DNA of 1,144 nucleotides from Patescibacteria group bacterium (GTDB lineage Bacteria; Patescibacteriota; Patescibacteriia; Magasanikbacterales; GWA2-37-8): NCBI GenBank assembly GCA_004321885.1, contig SCQK01000027.1, positions 1 to 1,144 of the forward strand, read 5' to 3'. Shown piece by piece: positions 1 to 1,144 of this stretch (position 1 is its first letter; each line of letters starts with the position of its first letter). The notes under the pieces were generated by a model. It saw only the letters and a program-made list of their open reading frames with translations, ran no database searches and was not told where the DNA came from. The position numbers and the translations under genes were made by a program.

Positions 1-166
1 GGCCGATCATCTCGCGCGCCTCGTTTCCGACAGCGAGGATGCGGTTGTCTTCGGACGAGACCGCGACAACCGACGGCTCGTTTATAACAACGCCCTTTTT
101 CGGAATGAAAACAAGGGTGTTCGCCGTGCCAAGATCAATCCCTATTTTTCGCACAAACATTGCCAT
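1..166 (-). CDS. mreB: Rod-shape-determining actin-like protein of the MreB/Mbl family. Only the N-terminal 55 codons are present; the gene is 3'-truncated by the window edge.
   Basis: The minus-strand translation from ATG 166..164 is [55 protein letters not shown]. It contains the actin-fold phosphate-1 motif [10 protein letters not shown] and the conserved NEPSVVA / AVG-EA--M-GR blocks that closely match the Bacillus MreB/Mbl and E. coli MreB N-termini. No in-frame ATG/GTG/TTG lies between the murA stop and this ATG. A second ATG at 160..158 is an alternative start. The ORF is too short (55 codons) to appear in the supplied track. Confidence 0.88.
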   Translation of the reverse strand, partial: MAMFVRKIGIDLGTANTLVFIPKKGVVINEPSVVAVSSEDNRILAVGNEAREMIG

Positions 167-214
167 AATAAATGATGAAATTGTCGGAGTTGATGAAAGT
201 GATGAATTGCTCGC
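167..214 (-). promoter_or_regulatory. The 48-nt AT-rich murA-mreB intergenic spacer carries three TGATGAA direct repeats (TTCATCA on the coding strand). It is a candidate regulatory or translation-initiation region for mreB.
   Basis: TGATGAA is seen at 173..179, 191..197 and 200..206 on the + strand. The last two are a tandem 9-mer, GTTGATGAA/AGTGATGAA, at 189..206. The spacer is about one-third GC against roughly 55-60% in the flanking coding sequence. No GGAGG-like Shine-Dalgarno lies within 15 nt of either ATG, and there is no GC-rich hairpin plus T-tract after the murA stop. The function of these repeats is not demonstrated. Confidence 0.2.
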
Positions 215-1144
215 TCACGCTCGCCTGATATTTGCGCCGAGTTCGCGCAGGCGCTCGTCAATTCTTTCATAACCGCGGTCAATGTGCCCGATATCCGATA
301 TGGTTGAGCGGCCTTCGGCGGCGAGCGCCGCGATTAAAAGCGTCATGCCGGAACGGATGTCCAAACTCGCCATATCACAGCCGGTTAGTTTTGTCCGGCC
401 GGCGATGACCGCGCGATGCTGATCCAGTATTTTAGCGTCAGCGCCCATTTTCCGCAACTCGGCAATATAGCCCAAGCGCCCCTCGTAAAGCCAGTCGTGG
501 ATCAACGATTCACCTTCGGCCTGCGTCGCGAGCACCGCGAACGGCGGAAGGTGATCGGATCCAAGCTTCGGATAAAGGCCCGACTGTATTCGGAACGCCC
601 GATATGGCGAGCGCGGCTTCGCGATGGCAAGAACTTCGCCTTTCAAGAGAACGTTAACTCCCATTTTGCCTAACTGCAAGAGCACGGCCTCAAGATAGCG
701 GCGGTCAACTCCGCGAAGAGTTATCTCCGATCCGGTTGCCGCGGCAAGCGCTGAAAAACTGGAAATCTCCAGTTCGTCGGCGTTGATCGTATGAGTCGCT
801 CCATGAAGCCGCCGAACTCCTTCTATCTCCAAGATCAGAACGTCGCGCCACCGGATGTCCGCGCCCATTTTCCGCAAAAGCGCGATCAATTCCTGCACGT
901 GCGGTTCGCAGGCCGGAAGATGGATGACGGTTTTTCCCGGAGCGAGCACTGCGGCAAGAATCGCGTTCTCGGTCGCGGTAACGCTTGATTCCTCAAGCGT
1001 GATTTCATTTCCGCGCATGGGGCGGCCGTCCATTCGGATGAGTTCGTTGTCCTCAATTTTCACACCAAGCCCTTCTAGCGCGCGAAAGTGCGTTTGCAAA
1101 GGCCGTACGCCGATAGCATCCCCTCCGGGACGCGAAAGTGTCGC
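215..1144 (-). CDS. murA: UDP-N-acetylglucosamine 1-carboxyvinyltransferase (MurA), 5'-truncated by the window edge. It runs from the window end to a TGA stop at 217..215.
   Basis: The 294-aa minus-strand ORF aligns by eye along its length with E. coli/Bacillus MurA. The C-terminus '[20 protein letters not shown]' matches E. coli '[20 protein letters not shown]', which includes Arg397. '[18 protein letters not shown]' matches E. coli '[21 protein letters not shown]' with the catalytic Asp305 position conserved. The L-x-x-MGA/LG repeat motif recurs as LRKMGAD twice, plus [16 protein letters not shown] and LRELGANI. The 'M' at 1099..1097 in the ORF track is an internal TTG Leu codon. The frame stays open to position 1144 and the extra 15 codons translate to [15 protein letters not shown], matching the E. 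coli active-site loop LPGGCTIGARP. The true start is therefore beyond the window. In E. coli numbering this is roughly residue 108 to the end. Confidence 0.93.
   Translation of the reverse strand, partial: [309 protein letters not shown]
441..457. repeat. Exact 17-nt direct repeat gcgcccattttccgcaa (copy 1 of 2) inside murA
   Basis: The identical 17-mer occurs at 441..457 and 861..877. The copies are 420 nt (140 codons) apart and in the same murA frame. Both encode L-R-K-M-G-A(-D) with identical codons. Confidence 0.9.
861..877. repeat. Exact 17-nt direct repeat gcgcccattttccgcaa (copy 2 of 2) inside murA
   Basis: See copy 1. The flanks differ: 458 is c where 878 is a, and 440 is a where 860 is c. 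Confidence 0.9.

Noticed and set aside
167-214. Rho-independent terminator downstream of murA
   Set aside because: The spacer is AT-rich with no GC-rich inverted repeat followed by a T-tract on the minus strand, so no intrinsic terminator can be supported.
39-272. 77-aa plus-strand ORF ([13 protein letters not shown]...)
   Set aside because: It is antisense to the well-supported mreB N-terminus and the murA 3' end. It has no recognisable motif and a low-complexity S/R-rich tail. It is a typical antisense shadow ORF in GC-rich coding DNA.
416-673. 85-aa plus-strand ORF antisense to murA
   Set aside because: It is wholly embedded opposite conserved murA codons with no independent signal. Its 'AHFPQ' segment is just the reverse-frame reading of the murA LRKMGA repeat.
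650-700. Possible loss of the catalytic Asp305-equivalent (the FPTD motif looks divergent: 'SDHLPPF')
   Set aside because: An ungapped alignment anchored on the downstream 'AEG' and the conserved Phe places the Asp of 'SDH' exactly in the E. coli Asp305 column. The catalytic Asp is retained and only the flanking Gln residues are replaced by Pro.
791-988. 65-aa plus-strand ORF antisense to murA
   Set aside because: Same as above: it is an antisense shadow sharing the 'AHFPQ' artefact, with no RBS or motif support.
1097-1099. The ORF-track 'start' (M) of the 294-aa murA ORF
   Set aside because: The codon is TTG and encodes an internal Leu. The frame remains open to the window edge, and the upstream 15 codons ([15 protein letters not shown]) align with the conserved MurA active-site loop. 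The gene is therefore simply truncated by the window, not started here.
1-1144. Mobile element, CRISPR, defence or other novel accessory system
   Set aside because: The whole window apart from 48 nt is accounted for by two conserved housekeeping genes on one strand. There are no inverted terminal repeats, no spacer-repeat arrays, no integrase or transposase-like ORFs, and no compositional island.

Overview
This window is an ordinary housekeeping locus for cell-wall synthesis and cell shape; I see no undescribed system. Both genes are on the minus strand and both are cut by the window edges. The first is the C-terminal ~310 codons of murA (UDP-N-acetylglucosamine 1-carboxyvinyltransferase), spanning 215..1144 with its TGA stop at 217..215. 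After a 48-nt AT-rich spacer comes the 5' end of an mreB/mbl-family actin-like rod-shape gene, starting at ATG 166..164 and running off the window at position 1. The three listed plus-strand ORFs are antisense shadows of these genes. I see no mobile element, CRISPR array, RNA gene or clear intrinsic terminator. The most interesting point is that the MurA residue equivalent to the fosfomycin-alkylated cysteine (E. coli Cys115) is an aspartate, in the motif [10 protein letters not shown]. From established MurA biochemistry this predicts intrinsic fosfomycin resistance. Lesser points are three TGATGAA direct repeats in the spacer upstream of mreB, no Shine-Dalgarno before the mreB start, and an exact 17-nt repeat inside murA that reflects the enzyme's internal structural repeat. 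Taxon cannot be assigned from this window. Base composition looks moderately GC-rich by eye, with the spacer markedly AT-rich.
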